Below are positions 34,407-46,490 of a stretch of DNA of 64,000 nt, in pieces. This stretch comes from Blastocladiella emersonii ATCC 22665 (lineage: Eukaryota; Fungi; Blastocladiomycota): contig JANHCV010000003.1 in assembly GCA_025594325.1 (NCBI GenBank), forward strand, positions 930,001-994,000. The letters run 5' to 3'. Below the pieces are notes generated by a model. That model did not search any database, had not been told where the DNA came from, and saw nothing but the letters and a program-made list of their open reading frames with translations. The position numbers and the translations under genes are program-made. Position 1 is the first letter of the stretch; each line of letters opens with the position of its first letter.

Positions 34407-34891
34407 ATGTCCACTGAGCCTCGAGCAACCCAGCAGCAGTACCTCAACATCATTTCCCACAAGGAACGGAAAGTTTTGGCGGGGATCGCCTACTCACTCA
34501 ACTTTGCGTCCCGCACGGTGAGCGAGATTTTCGTTTTAACTGACGAGTCGGCTGACTTCCTCAGCGTCAAACGAGATCCATCGCTGGTGCGGGACCGAGA
34601 AGCTGCTGAGCGGGACCTCCTCCTCGCTGATATATCCGACTGGAGCGCGCTCGTCTCATGGCCCTCCGTACCCGCTTCCTCGCGTTCGCTTCCAAGTTTG
34701 ATGCTCCCTGTGATCAGCTTGACGATGCGCAGACTCAATTCAAGCTTGATCAGTTTGTCGAAATCGGCCGCTCAGTGACCGCTCTTGAGATCATGATACT
34801 TATGCACGGATTGGCGGCCCTGCTCTTTTTCAAGTCAAGCTCCCTGAGTTTCGCTCAAAGCTCTCCGGCCACTGATGATATCCTTGAATAA
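34407..34891 (+). pseudogene. Probable frameshifted remnant of an unknown gene
   Basis: ORFs 34407-34778 and 34658-34891 overlap; each is protein-like on one side of ~34660. Confidence 0.3.
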
Positions 34892-35192
34892 GTTTCTCAG
34901 TTGTCCGAATGCCATCATCGATTCCGTTCTGAGCTGGTGGTGAGGGAGGCGTGATGGCCCTCCTGATCAGCTTTGCTCCGACGCGCTGCGCCACTCTTGT
35001 GACTCGATTTGAGGGTTCGCGCTCAACTTCCCTGCTCGCGCAGATCATCCGATGGAACATGTAAACAGTCGTGTTCTCACTCACGGTCATAATGTCGCTC
35101 GACGTCTTGTCCATGAGCCAAACTGAATACCACGAGGAACGCCTGACACGAGAGGGCGAAGAAAACTGCTTCTATCAGTCGATATATCGTCT

Positions 35193-37553
35193 CTATGGGA
35201 GCTGATCCGCTCGTGCGCCAAAGCTCTCCGCGTCCATCTGAACCACGCTCGCCGTCTCGGACCGCGTTTGTGGCGGCGCCGTGGCCGCACTCGCCGCCAC
35301 CGACGCGTCGCACGGCCCCTCGACATCCACATCGAGCGACGTGTGGCTCGACTTCATCACGAGGACATGCGCGCCGTCCGCCGCTTGCTCGTCGCGCGCC
35401 GCGACCTGCGTGAGCCCGACGGGCTGCGCGGTCGCCTCGACGACGCGGATCGTGGTCACGTCAGGCGACGACACGGACCCGACGCGTTCGGCCGCCGCCC
35501 CTGCGGAGAACATGGTGACGAGCGGCGACCCGGGGCTCGGCGGGACCGCGAGGTGCGACAGCGGCGACGTGGGCGCGAGCAGCGTCAGCGGGCGCGGGTG
35601 GTGGCCGTGGCGCGGTGACCGCAGACCGCCGCCGCTGACGTGGAACCCGGTCGTCGACTCGGCGTACGACGACCCCATGGTGCGGATCGAGAGCACGTCC
35701 GCGTCCTGCGTCCGGTCGACGCTGCGGGACCGGAACGCCGGGCGGAACGCGTGCGGGAACTCGAGGTCGTCGTGCGCGGGCGACTGCGGCGCGCCGCCGC
35801 CGCCGTACGTGGGTATCGGCGGAGCCATGTCGAGGACCGACCCCATGTCGTCGTCGTCCGAGTACTCGCCGAGCTCGTGCACGATCGAGTCGCGGTCGAG
35901 CGAGTCGAACGCCGTGGTGAAGGCGGCGCGGACCCAGCCCGACAGCTCGGCGCCCGTCACCTCGTCGGCGCCGCCGGCCTCGTCCTCGCCGTCGTACTCC
36001 TCGTCCGGGTCCGCGAACGCCGACGCGGCGCCGAACACGGACACGTGCGAGTGGGCGTGCGATCCGACGGCCGACCCGCTGTTCGAGCTCGTGCCGTAGA
36101 CCGAAAAGGACGCCGCCGACCCGGACATGGTGCGGGCGGGCGGGTTGTCGATGACGCGCGGCGTGGTGGGCGAGTCGAGCGCGACCTCAGACGACGTGGC
36201 GCTGGGCGACGCAGTGACGACGACGTTCGCGAGCGCAGACGTGGGCGTCTGGAACCCGGTCATGAGCCGCGGCGGCGGCATCGCTGCGACCGCGCCGCTC
36301 CCACTACTGATACTCCCACTGGCGCCGGTTGGGTCCGGCACGAACCCGGACGGCCAGTCGGGCGACCCGTTGCCAAACGACTTGGTCGACACGGACGCGG
36401 CGCGCGAGTGCGCGTTGTACAGCGTCGCGCTCGACACGCTGCCGCCGGACCCGCGGCGCTCCGCGCGCGACGCGTACAGCGTCGGCGAGTACTGCGCGGG
36501 CGACGAGCCGAGGATCATCCCGGCCGAAGGATCGCCGGCGGGGGTCCCGCTGCGCGGCAGGCTGCCGGACCGGTACGGCGACCGCGCGCCGCCGCCGCCG
36601 CCGCTGCCGCTGTGCCGGTTGCGCGGCGACGCGGTGCGCGCGGGCCGGTGCAGCGTCGCGGCGTCCTGGCTCGACGACAGCATGGAGGCGAGCGGGGTGG
36701 CGGGACCCGCGTCGGAGTGCGTCGCGCCGTCGTGGCGCAGCTGGGCGAGCGGCGGAGCCCGTACGACGGGCGAGGTGGCGGCGACGGGCACGTCGCTCGC
36801 GCCGTGATGGCCGTGGTGCAGGTCAATGTCCGAGTTGTGCGGGGACATTTCGATGTGCATGTCGCCGGCGTGGACGGCCGCGAGCGACTTGTGCTGCGGG
36901 TACCCGTTCACGGCAGCGTTTGACGCCTGCTGCTGCTGCGCGCGGAGCTCGTTGTGCGTGGGTTTGAGGACGGCCTTGGACCGCGGCGGTTTGCCCTTAC
37001 CGCCGCTGCTGCCGCCGCGAGCAGCGCTGGCGCCCGTCCCAGCGCGCCTCCGGGCGCGCACGACGAGCACGGCGACGACAAGCAGGATCAGGGCGCCGGC
37101 GCACCCGCCGACGGTCGCGAGCGTCGACTTGGACCACTTGGTCGGGTCAGCGGCCACAGATCCGACGCCAGAGCCACCAGAGGCGGGACCAGGCGCACCT
37201 GCGGACCCGCTACTGCCGCCGCCGGTCGCAGCGTTGGTGGTGGCGGCGCCCGCGAGCAGCGTCGACGAGGCCGAGGTCGAGGGGGTATCGCGGCGGGTAT
37301 CGGTCGGCGCGAGGTTGTTGCTGTTGCCGCTGCTGCTGCTCGGGCGGACGACAGTCGAGCTGGTCGCGCTCCCGCCGCCGCCGGTCACGGAGCCGGAGAC
37401 GGCGTCGCCAATGTCGTCGGTCGGGCTCGGCGCGGGTCCGACCGTGGCCGACGTGGCGAACGGCGTCGTGAAGGTGATGGGCGCGGTCGTGTTGCGCGTC
37501 GGCACGACCGTCGACGTGACGGTGATGGTCCGCGTGAGGCGAGTCGTGTCCAT
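35193..37553 (-). CDS. Ser/Thr-rich single-pass membrane protein with a long disordered cytoplasmic tail
   Basis: 786-aa ORF; T/S-rich N-terminus; TM TLATVGGCAGALILLVVAVLVV followed by RARRR. No signal peptide is visible, so an upstream exon is possible. Confidence 0.75.
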   Translation of the reverse strand: MDTTRLTRTITVTSTVVPTRNTTAPITFTTPFATSATVGPAPSPTDDIGDAVSGSVTGGGGSATSSTVVRPSSSSGNSNNLAPTDTRRDTPSTSASSTLLAGAATTNAATGGGSSGSAGAPGPASGGSGVGSVAADPTKWSKSTLATVGGCAGALILLVVAVLVVRARRRAGTGASAARGGSSGGKGKPPRSKAVLKPTHNELRAQQQQASNAAVNGYPQHKSLAAVHAGDMHIEMSPHNSDIDLHHGHHGASDVPVAATSPVVRAPPLAQLRHDGATHSDAGPATPLASMLSSSQDAATLHRPARTASPRNRHSGSGGGGGARSPYRSGSLPRSGTPAGDPSAGMILGSSPAQYSPTLYASRAERRGSGGSVSSATLYNAHSRAASVSTKSFGNGSPDWPSGFVPDPTGASGSISSGSGAVAAMPPPRLMTGFQTPTSALANVVVTASPSATSSEVALDSPTTPRVIDNPPARTMSGSAASFSVYGTSSNSGSAVGSHAHSHVSVFGAASAFADPDEEYDGEDEAGGADEVTGAELSGWVRAAFTTAFDSLDRDSIVHELGEYSDDDDMGSVLDMAPPIPTYGGGGAPQSPAHDDLEFPHAFRPAFRSRSVDRTQDADVLSIRTMGSSYAESTTGFHVSGGGLRSPRHGHHPRPLTLLAPTSPLSHLAVPPSPGSPLVTMFSAGAAAERVGSVSSPDVTTIRVVEATAQPVGLTQVAARDEQAADGAHVLVMKSSHTSLDVDVEGPCDASVAASAATAPPQTRSETASVVQMDAESFGARADQLP

Positions 37554-37941
37554 GGTGGGAACGTTGGCGAGTGAGGGGGAGGGAAGTGTGAGAGGGCGGG
37601 GCCGGGCAGGCGAGATCCCCGGTGATGGCGCGGTGATCCCCGCGCGGCACCGAGTGCAGCGAGTCGCGACGCCGTCTAGTACGTTCTATGCGAGTTCCTG
37701 AAGCGGTCGGCGAGGGTGGGGAGAGAGAGGGCCGTTTCAGGCCGGGGTGGCGGCGTCTGGTCGGCGTGACTGGCGCGCCGCGGACCCGGACTGGGGGCGA
37801 ACAACGCTCGGCGAGTCGTTGCGCTCGCTCGTGAGCAGCGAGCGCCGCAGCGGCCTCGCGTCCCCACCTTGATCAAAATCTGAGCTGCTAGTGGCCCACA
37901 TGGCCTTGATTGTACTATATTACCTGCCCCGCTCGCCACGA

Positions 37942-40656
37942 CTACGCCTCGGGTCTCGCCTCGTCCTGCTGGTCCATGGCCGTCTGGAGGCGACACACCA
38001 TCTCGACCGCGTCCGTGTACTTGTACATGCCGGCGACGCGGCGGACGGGGAGGGAGAGGTGGTCAAAGGCGATGGCCACGTTCTCGGGCCGCATCGCCGT
38101 CTCGATCTTGGGCAGCTTCGGGTACCGCTGCGAAAAGTGCGTCAGCAGCAGCGCGCGCGCGCCCATGCGCTCAAACACCGACACGGCCTCGGCCGTCGTC
38201 GAGTGCTGCTTCTTGCGCGCCTCGGCGCCCATGTCGCTCTCGAACGTTGCCTCGTGGATCAGGAGACCGGGGGACAGGCCGCCCGCCCGGCCCAGCGCGA
38301 CCAGCCGCTCGCACGGCCGCGTGTCGCCCGAGAACACCAGGCTGAGGTCGGCCGGGGAGACCGACGACACGAGGCGCAGGCCGTAGCTGAACGACCGGTG
38401 GATCACCGGCACCGTGTGCAGCGACTGCAGCTGCAGCGCCGCGAGGACCGGCGCGAGCGACGCGGGCGGCGGCGGGAGCTCGCCCGCGGACGTTGTTGGC
38501 GAGGCGGCCGCCGCGGGCGAGTCCACGTCCATTTCCCCAGGAACGGCGGCGCCGCCCTCGTCCATGTCGAGGTCAATCTCGCCCTCGGAACCCGGCACCG
38601 TCACCGCGTCCGTCGTCTCGATCTCGGCCACCTTGACCGCGCCGCCGTCGACGCGCACCGGCGAGTTGGTCGCCGACCGCTTGCGCCCACCCGACGACCC
38701 GGCGCGCCCGCGGGACACGCCGGCAGCCGCGGTCGCGGTCTCGTCGGTGCTCGACGCGCGCGACCGGCTGCTGGACCGCGACGACCGGTCCGATTTGTTG
38801 TTCCCGTTGTTGCGCGCCTTGCGGTCGACGTCGGGGAACGCGAGCACGTCCTCGGCATCGACAAACGTGATGCGGTGGAGCCCGACGGGGTGCACCGAGT
38901 CGATCTCGCGCAGGAAATTCCACAGGCGCCACGGGCCGACGATCGTGACCGGGTGCGCCGTGTGCGCGAGCAGCCGCGTCAGGCCGAGGTGGTGGTCGGC
39001 GTGCAGGTGCGACACGAAGATGAGCTTGAGCGAGTCGAGCAGGTGCTGCAGCGTCGGGTGGCGGAACTCGACGAGCGCCGTGGCCGGCGCGTCCGAGACA
39101 TCGACGGGGACCAGCCGCGCCAGCTGGCCGAGCGTGCCCTCGCCGCAGTCCATGAGGATCGGGCCCGCGGGCGTCGATACCAGCGTCGAGCTCACGTTGC
39201 GGAACTTGGACGGGATCGCCGACCCGGTGCCGAGCGGGACCACGACCCAGTCGCCGTCGTCCTCGGTCACGGGCGCGCGCGCCGCCGCGGTCGCCGTCTT
39301 GAGCAGCGCGGCGCTCTTGGGCTTGTTCGCCGCCTCGGCCGCCAGAATCTTCTCAGCGACCGCCGCCAGGTTATTGCGCTCGGCGGGCTCCATGGGCGCG
39401 ACGGCGAATTTGGGCTCGACCTGCACGTCCGTCAGCGGCTGCGCGATGAGCACGGACCCGCTTGCCGCGCCCTTGGACGTCAGAAGCTGCAGCGCGGACG
39501 CGTCGCCGCCCGCCGTCTTGTAGCTCGGGAAGTACTCGGGCGCGAACGTGTGCAGCATGGTCTGCGCGACGCCGACCGACGCGAAGCTCGGCGGCTGGCC
39601 CGTGGCGGCTGCGTCGAGGACGAAATGGCGCGTCGATTTCGCGAAACACGCGGCGTCCGCTACGTACTGCGTGAACTCGGGCGAGGTGCCGACGTCGCGG
39701 CCGAGCATGTGGAAGACGAGCGCGCCGTCGGTCGCGGCGGACGTGAGCGCGCGCAGCTCGGCGCTTGCATGGGCGGCGGCGGCGTGGGCAGGGGTCGGCA
39801 GGTCGAGCACGACGAAGATCTGGCCGGGACGCGACGGGCCGACGACCTGGTCGGCGCGGATCACGGTGCCGTCGGGCAGCGTCACGTTTTCGCCGCGCAT
39901 CAGCTGGCCTGTTTGGGTGTGCGCGCGGTTGTTAGCGTCGCGAGGGTCTCACGGGCGAGGCAGGGGCAGGACCGTACCGAAGATGGGTCCCGGCTTGAGC
40001 CCGAGCGCGCGAGCCTTTTGCACGTCAAACTTGCCGCGGACCTCGGGCCCGCGCAGCACGTAGGCGACGGTGCAGTCGACGTGGCGGCCGAGGATGGCGC
40101 CGGACCCGCCCTTGGGGATCAGCTCCTTGCTGCCCTGGAGCCAGCGGACGTAGCGGGCGGCGAGCTCGTCCGACTGCTCGGCGCGTGCGCGCTGGTCGCT
40201 GCCGTTGCCGTCAGCGGCGTCGGTGGCGGCAGCGGGGCGCAGCAGGACCGTTTGGACGGCGAGGTTCTCGTCGTTGTGGGCGGCCACGACGTCGTGCGAG
40301 TCGGCGCGCTCGCACACGCGGAACTGCATGGCGTTCGGGTAGATGAAGTGGCGGAGCGAGGCCATGAAGCGGGTGGTATTGGGCGGGCCGTGGACGTGGA
40401 TCGGGCCCTTGGACGCCGACTCCTGGGCGGCGTCGGAAAGCGTCAGCATCATGCCGGGCAGACCGCCGACGGTGTCCCAGTGGAAGCGAGTGAGGAAGAT
40501 GTTCTTGAGCTTGGGCAGGCGGATCTTGTGCTCGACGGCAAACCGCTGGGTGCCCTCGCCGCAGTTGACGAGGTACCTCTGCGAGTCGAACTTGAACAGC
40601 AGCGACGGGCCCATGTCGGCGGCGCCCGTGCCGAGGATCTGCACCGAGTACTTCAT
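37942..40656 (-). CDS. TRZ1: tRNase Z long form (ELAC2/Trz1); join(39978..40656, 37942..39908)
   Basis: RYLVNCGEGTQR, GKFDVQKARALGLKPGPIFG|QLMRGE, PLGTGSAIPSKFRNVS, MDCGEGTLGQL, SHLHADHHLG, FSGDTRP, LIHEATF, KQHSTTAEA, LLTHFSQRYPK. Confidence 0.96.
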
Positions 40657-41733
40657 GGTGCGGACTTGAGCGGTGTGGCGGAACGGGTGGTGACGGTGGG
40701 TGGACGGCGAGCGCGGTGCAGCGAAGAGGAGCCAAGCAGCGCGGGTGGGTAGGGTATGGAGCGCAGAGGTAGGCGAGGCGGTCCCGCTATATAGGGCAGC
40801 GAGGACAAGGCGCGACAGCTTGGCGACGGCGGGGGGCGACCGGTGGTGGGGACGCGGTCGACGGAACAGGGGGTACGGGAAGGTCGGGCGTCGACGCGGC
40901 GGATCAGCCGGAATGACGAGGAACGAGTCGTTGGGCTTGCTGAGGACGAGGATGAGCAATCAAGCTGGGCGTTGCATGGACTCGCGTTGCATTCGGGTGC
41001 AGGGACTAGCGAAAGCGAGGAGCCGGTTAGATCAACGCGGAGACGGCGGCGCGCTGATCGGTTGACTCGAAGCGTGTTTTCCGCCGTCAGGTGATGCGTC
41101 GCCGTCGCGTCACAATCGCCTCTCCCCTTCCGCGAGATGCTGCGAGCTCGCGGGGATAATCGATGAGCGAGATGGCGAGCCGTCGGCGTCATTCAATCAG
41201 GGCCCGGCTTGTAGCGGGTGGTCGGTCGTGATCGGCGGCCCGAACGAGCTGACAAGGGAACAGGCAGTCCATTCGAGTCCATATGCATCGAGTCAATGGT
41301 ACGAGCAAAACAGGCGGTGCAGGCCCTCTTGCGCGCGCCGGTAGTCTCGGTCCGAGACAAGCGCGCGAAGGAACGGACACGACGCGAGCAGGTGCGAGAC
41401 GCGAGAAACAATCACGTGCGCGGCTGAACGCGAGACAGGTCGCGTTTTCGCTCGAACGCGCAGCGCCGCGTCCACCGGGTCACTCCGCGGGCCGGTCCGC
41501 TTGCCTTCGCCGATGGCCTTCCACGCCGGCCATGATGCGCGTGTCTCAGAGAATCAGCTCGCCGAGACGGGCGCCCGGCCAGCACACACGCTCGGCCCTG
41601 AACCGGACCGCTCAAAGTCGCGGCCGCGCGCCCGCCGCCCGCTCTCTCTCCCTCGTCGACCGCGCGCCATCACCCACGCCGATCAACGCACTCACCACGC
41701 ACCACCACCACCACCCACCACACCACCACCACC

Positions 41734-42454
41734 ATGTCGATGCAGTCCGCGCAGCCCACGTACGGCTACCCGGCCAAGGAGTACCCGAACATCACGCCGG
41801 CGAGTGCGGGCGGGTTGTCGTCGATCACGGAGACAATCACAGCGCCCATCTCGCGTGCGACGTCGGGCCTGGCGAGTCTCGCGGCGCCGCTGACGGACAC
41901 GGCGGCGTACTGGGGCCGGCTCGGCTACGACACGTTCCGCGTGTACTGGGACGCGTACGTGCTGATGTCTCACTCGCATTCCCCCGAAGCAGCACACTCA
42001 CTCCCCCTCGCTCCCCTCCCCGATGCGTAGCTACCCGGTGCTGCGCGCGTTCACGTACGCGTTCGGTGCGCTGACGGCGATCCCGAACCTCATCTTCCTC
42101 ACGTACGCGGCCATCTCGTTCGGGATCGTGGCGACGATCGCGACGGTCGGCGTGCTCGTGGTCGAGGGCGGGATCCTCGGGTTCGGCATGCTGTTCCTCG
42201 GGCCGATCCTGTTCTTCTCGTTCTGGGGCGCCCTGATCGCCGTCGGCCTGTTCACGGCCGCCTTCTACGGCCTGCGCGCCTCGTCCATCACGCTCAGCAC
42301 GGCGCAGTCGGTCACGGGCGACTCGGGCATCGTCGGGGGCAGCGTCGGTCTCGCCAAGAACGCGCTCGCCACGACGGCCGACCTCATGGAGAAGGCCGAG
42401 GCCGTGGTCGTTGGCCGCGAGGGCCTGCCCGTGCCCATCGCCGGCCGCGTCTAA
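41734..42454 (+). CDS. Promethin/LDAF1-like hydrophobic membrane protein; join(41734..41954, 42031..42454)
   Basis: Intron 41955-42030; long hydrophobic stretch YPVLRAFTYAFGALTAIPNLIFL...VGVLVVEGGILGFGMLFL. The family call is recognition by eye. Confidence 0.6.
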
Positions 42455-43005
42455 GTGCGGCGCGTCGGTCGTCGTCGGTCGTCGTTGGTCGCCGTGTCGT
42501 GTCGTGTCGCAGGGCCGCTCGTTTCCTCACCCATCACCCCGTACCATATCATTCTACCTCCCTCCCATCCCGTACGCGCGCGCCCAGAGTTGAGGGCGAG
42601 GAGTTTGTCACGCCGCCGTCGTCGTGTGAGAATCGAAAAACGTGTTTGTTCTGAACCAAAAACCGCTCGCCCGTCTCGACTGAATGTCAAGGTGTCGTGG
42701 CCGCGCGCGACGCGCTCGACGTGCACGGGCGGGAACGAGAAGTTCCCTCGCGCCGTGCGAGTCATTCGTTGATCTGGAACAAGGCGGGTGCGGCGGACGC
42801 GGCCGAGTGGCGGTGGCTTAGACTCGGAGGGTGGCGCAGCCGTCAACTGACTGAACGACGCGTGAACGACCGCTGTATGCCTTTCCCTTGGCTATCGCGC
42901 GTCGCAAAGGAGGAAGGTATGAACACAGAAGGAGATCAAATTACACGCGTGGTTGAGATTTTGGTTACAATGGTAGGTATCACGAACTGAAAACAAAGTA
43001 AGAGC

Positions 43006-44052
43006 TCAAGAAACGATGGCCGCGGACCGCAGCACGACGACGGGCGCCACCGAGGAGACGGCGCTCGGGAGGACCTTGACGCCGTGCTTGATCGGGCGCG
43101 ACTTGGACTTGGACTCGTACGACGACACGGAAGACACCTTGACGGTACTGGATGCACCGTCCAGGAGGCTGCCGATGCGAGTCTTGAACGACGACCACCG
43201 CGAGGGAGCCGCAGACTCGTCAAAGCTGTTGTTGGCCAGCGTCTGGTCCGAACCAAACTCCTCTGACACAGGAGCGAGGTTTGGACCGTTGTTGTTGGCC
43301 GACTCGGGGAGCTGAACGACCGCCGCTGCCACCTCCACCTTGACCTCGGGGTTCGCCGCGGTTGGCGACGCACTGCCACGGTGGCCGGCATGGCGGCGGA
43401 CCCAGCGCAGCACTTTGCCAGCGGCGCTGCGCTTCTTCTCGGTCGGAATGGTGGTGGTGGTGTTGGCGGACACGGGAACCTCGGAGACGGTACCCGACGC
43501 GGGAACCTGGATCGCGGCGGCCTGGTCGTTGCTCTCGATGACCTTGAAAGCCGAGGCAACCGACGCGGCCGACTTGGACTCGGCCGTAGTAGCAACAGCG
43601 ATAGCGACGGGGGCGGGCTCGAAGGTGGCGCGCAGGGCCGATACATGCACCGTAGCGAGCGCCGCCTCGAGCTCCGCCGTTGTCGCTACACCACCAAACG
43701 CGGCGACCGACTTGATGGTACCGTCGCCGCGCTGCTGAACGCCGTCGTGATGGACGAGGTGAAGCTTGTCCGAAGACCGCGAGCAGGGCGAACGAGTCGC
43801 GGGCGAGCCGAGCGGAGACGCAAACTGCTCGAACTGCGACTTGAGAGTGCCGACCGAGGAGGTCGGCGTCGAGTCGACGACGCACTCGTCGTTGTCGCTG
43901 TGCTTGGTGTTCTCGGGCGCGTTGCGGCTGGTACCGGTCGTGGGAGCGACCACGACGCGGAACGACGACAGCTGGACCGAGGACACGGCAATATTGGGCG
44001 ACGACGAGGTCGAGGTCGAGGTTGAGGGAGCGAGGGCAAGCTGGGAAGACAT
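43006..44052 (-). CDS. Ser/Thr/Ala-rich hypothetical protein, copy 1
   Basis: ATG 44052 (MSSQLALAPSTSTS); intronless, natural composition; no family recognised. Confidence 0.65.
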   Translation of the reverse strand: MSSQLALAPSTSTSTSSSPNIAVSSVQLSSFRVVVAPTTGTSRNAPENTKHSDNDECVVDSTPTSSVGTLKSQFEQFASPLGSPATRSPCSRSSDKLHLVHHDGVQQRGDGTIKSVAAFGGVATTAELEAALATVHVSALRATFEPAPVAIAVATTAESKSAASVASAFKVIESNDQAAAIQVPASGTVSEVPVSANTTTTIPTEKKRSAAGKVLRWVRRHAGHRGSASPTAANPEVKVEVAAAVVQLPESANNNGPNLAPVSEEFGSDQTLANNSFDESAAPSRWSSFKTRIGSLLDGASSTVKVSSVSSYESKSKSRPIKHGVKVLPSAVSSVAPVVVLRSAAIVS

Positions 44053-44829
44053 GGTGTGCGACAAGGTGGTCTTGTGGGGGAAACAATACCTCCTCGGAAA
44101 GTCCTGTTGGAAAGTGAAGAGCGAGAGCTGGAGGGGGTCGGCTGGCCGCGTTTTATGGGACGATCCGCCTCTGCATGCGACCTCCCGACTTTTCGCGCAT
44201 CGACGCGCTCATTGGTCGAGGATTCAAAGATGAATACATGCACTTCCTGGAGGAGCTCATGTGATCCGTGCTGGGTGGCGCAGCAGCGGTCAGCAAAGCC
44301 ACCATCGCGGGCTGGCGCGAACGCGTCGCGTTTCAAGTCCTTGCCGCGAGCCGGGCTCTTGCGATAGCACGCGCGGGTCCAGCTGCGCATCGGGACACGG
44401 GGACACCAACGAGGCATGGCAGCTCGAGGGCGGCGCAGTCATGTTGAAGAGCCACTCGCGGCCACGGGCGCCGCCCATGATCGCGACGCGAACATAGACC
44501 AAGTGGGCCTGAAAGTTCGAACAAACTATCGTCCATGGAGTCTGCTCTATTCATCTAGCGCAACTGCTAGAGTTGCCGGAACCGGGGAGCTGCCGCTGGG
44601 TGCGGGGGCAGCAGACACAGTGCGCATACGACTTCAAACTAGCTCGCCGTTCAATCATGGGAGAGGAGTTCTCAAGCGAGAGGTAGCAGAATTGTAGATC
44701 AAGAGAGCAACGGTGGAGTTTAGGTAGACTATAGACAAGTTTATACAAAAACGCGGCGACATCTAGTTGTAGCGCAGGCGAGCGAACGAGCGAGTGCGAG
44801 TGCGACATGGGCGGCACGGCACCCCTAGC

Positions 44830-45633
44830 TTAGCAGCAGCCGTGGTTGATGGGCAGGATCGTCACGTCGCAGTCGTTGCTGGTGTTGTTGTTGATGGGCA
44901 TGATGTGGAAGTCGCTGCTGCCACTGCCGGTGCTGCAGTCGCCCGAGGGGCCCCAGGTGGCCGGGTTGCCGCCGACAAAGCCGTCGGCCGAGTGGTGGCC
45001 CTGGAACTGGGTCTGCGACTGCGACTGGAACGCGTCGCCGTGGCCGTTGGACCACTGGCCCTGCGACTGCGACTGCGACTGGTGCTGCGCGGCGTCGCCG
45101 TGGCCGTTGCCCCACTGGGTCTGCGACTGGGACTGCTGCTGGGCGCCGTTGCCGCCAAACTGGGTCTGCGACTGCGACTGGGCCTGGTCGACCGAGTGGT
45201 GGTTACCCCAGTTGCCCTGGAACTGGGACTGCGACTGCTGCTGCGCGGCGTCGCCGTGGTGGCCCCAGTTGCCCTGGAACTGCGACTGGGACTGCGACTG
45301 AGCAGCGTCGCCGCCCCACTGAGTCTGCGACTGCGACTGCGACTGCTGCTGGGCACCCGAGCCGTGGCCGAACTGGGTCTGCGTCTGCGACTGGAACTGG
45401 GCCTGGTCGACCGAGTGGTGGCCCTGGAACTGCGACTGCGACTGGGACTGCGACTGCACGGCGTCACCGCCAAACTGGGTCTGCGACTGCGACTGCTGCT
45501 GGGCGCCGTTACCGCCGAACTGGGTCTGCGACTGGGACTGCGACTGAGCGCCGTGGCCGCCAAACTGCATCTGCGACTGCGACTGCGACTGGGTCTGGAC
45601 GGCGGGGACGTGGATGGGAGCGCAGAAGGTCAT
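44830..45633 (-). CDS. Q/S/G-rich pseudo-repeat protein (267 aa) ending in CC, copy 1
   Basis: About 12 repeats of QSQSQ(T/S)Q(F/W)G(G)xxA; ACC-rich start context; TATA-like element upstream. Confidence 0.8.
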   Translation of the reverse strand: MTFCAPIHVPAVQTQSQSQSQMQFGGHGAQSQSQSQTQFGGNGAQQQSQSQTQFGGDAVQSQSQSQSQFQGHHSVDQAQFQSQTQTQFGHGSGAQQQSQSQSQTQWGGDAAQSQSQSQFQGNWGHHGDAAQQQSQSQFQGNWGNHHSVDQAQSQSQTQFGGNGAQQQSQSQTQWGNGHGDAAQHQSQSQSQGQWSNGHGDAFQSQSQTQFQGHHSADGFVGGNPATWGPSGDCSTGSGSSDFHIMPINNNTSNDCDVTILPINHGCC

Positions 45634-46395
45634 CTTGGCGGTGGTTGAGGGAGTGGGAGGCGGTGTGGTGGTGGAGGTTGGGATTGCCGAGTGTGCTGAT
45701 CAGCTGGAAGAGAGGCCGGGGCGCGCCATGGTCTTATACTCTCTCGCTCACCGACGACTGCGACTCAAGAGCAAGTAGAAGTGGTGACGCGTGGCTAAAA
45801 ATGGTCGCCGCGGCCGTCGCGTTTCAGCAGCAGCGGCGCCCCGCAGACCTCGACCGCTCACCGCAAGGCGCGCAGCGGTTCGCGGTCGGCAGCTTCACCT
45901 CTCTCGTGTGGGCTCGCTGCGGATGCGCAGCGGCTCACTGCTCGCCCAAGTTCACAAGTTCCCGTAGCCTCGACCCGCCGCGAACAGCCGAGGGTGAGCC
46001 GGCCAACGCCGTTTCAACTCGGTCGGCGTTGCCCTCAGGACAGTGGCGCAGTCCACGGCGATGATCCATTCGATTCCATTGCATGGAGTGCATCGCTTCA
46101 TTGTAGTGGGCGAGCAAGGGCGCAAGGGAGCGGTGGCAGCGTTCGCGAAGGCGAGACCAAGCGATCAGCGCTGTCTCGCTCCGCTCACGTGTTTGTTCGA
46201 CGCGTCTCCACTTCTCCGTGTTCTTGCACGGTCGAGGCACGAGACAGGAGTGATAGAGACAACAAACGAGATGTAGTTTAATCGCACAGATCGCGGCCAA
46301 CTGACGGTGCGGCTCGGTAGCACGCGTCGTCGCGCCCGCTTGAGCCCGCCCCCGCCGTCGCCTCGCTCGGGACGGCCAAGGACCGGCTCGCCGAC

Positions 46396-46490
46396 TGTCG
46401 CGCGCGTCCCACGCTGCGCCGCGAGAGGGTCAAGTTGAGGTGGATGAGGTCAGAACGAGGAACGGGTCCCGATTAATGGGAACTGCGACA
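46396..46490. mobile_element. Possible 95-bp solo LTR or MITE (mirror at 57359..57453)
   Basis: Begins TGTCGC and ends GCGACA; flanks CCGAC and CCGCC (5-bp TSD-like, one mismatch). Confidence 0.25.

Noticed and set aside
37891-40752. 953-aa plus-strand ORF
   Set aside because: Antisense shadow of tRNase Z with no independent motifs.
44794-45648. LRLRL-rich and Cys/Asp-rich alternative-frame ORFs over the Q/S/G gene (and its mirror)
   Set aside because: Off-frame readings of the CAGTCG repeats; only the Q/S/G frame has host-like codon usage, start context and an upstream TATA.
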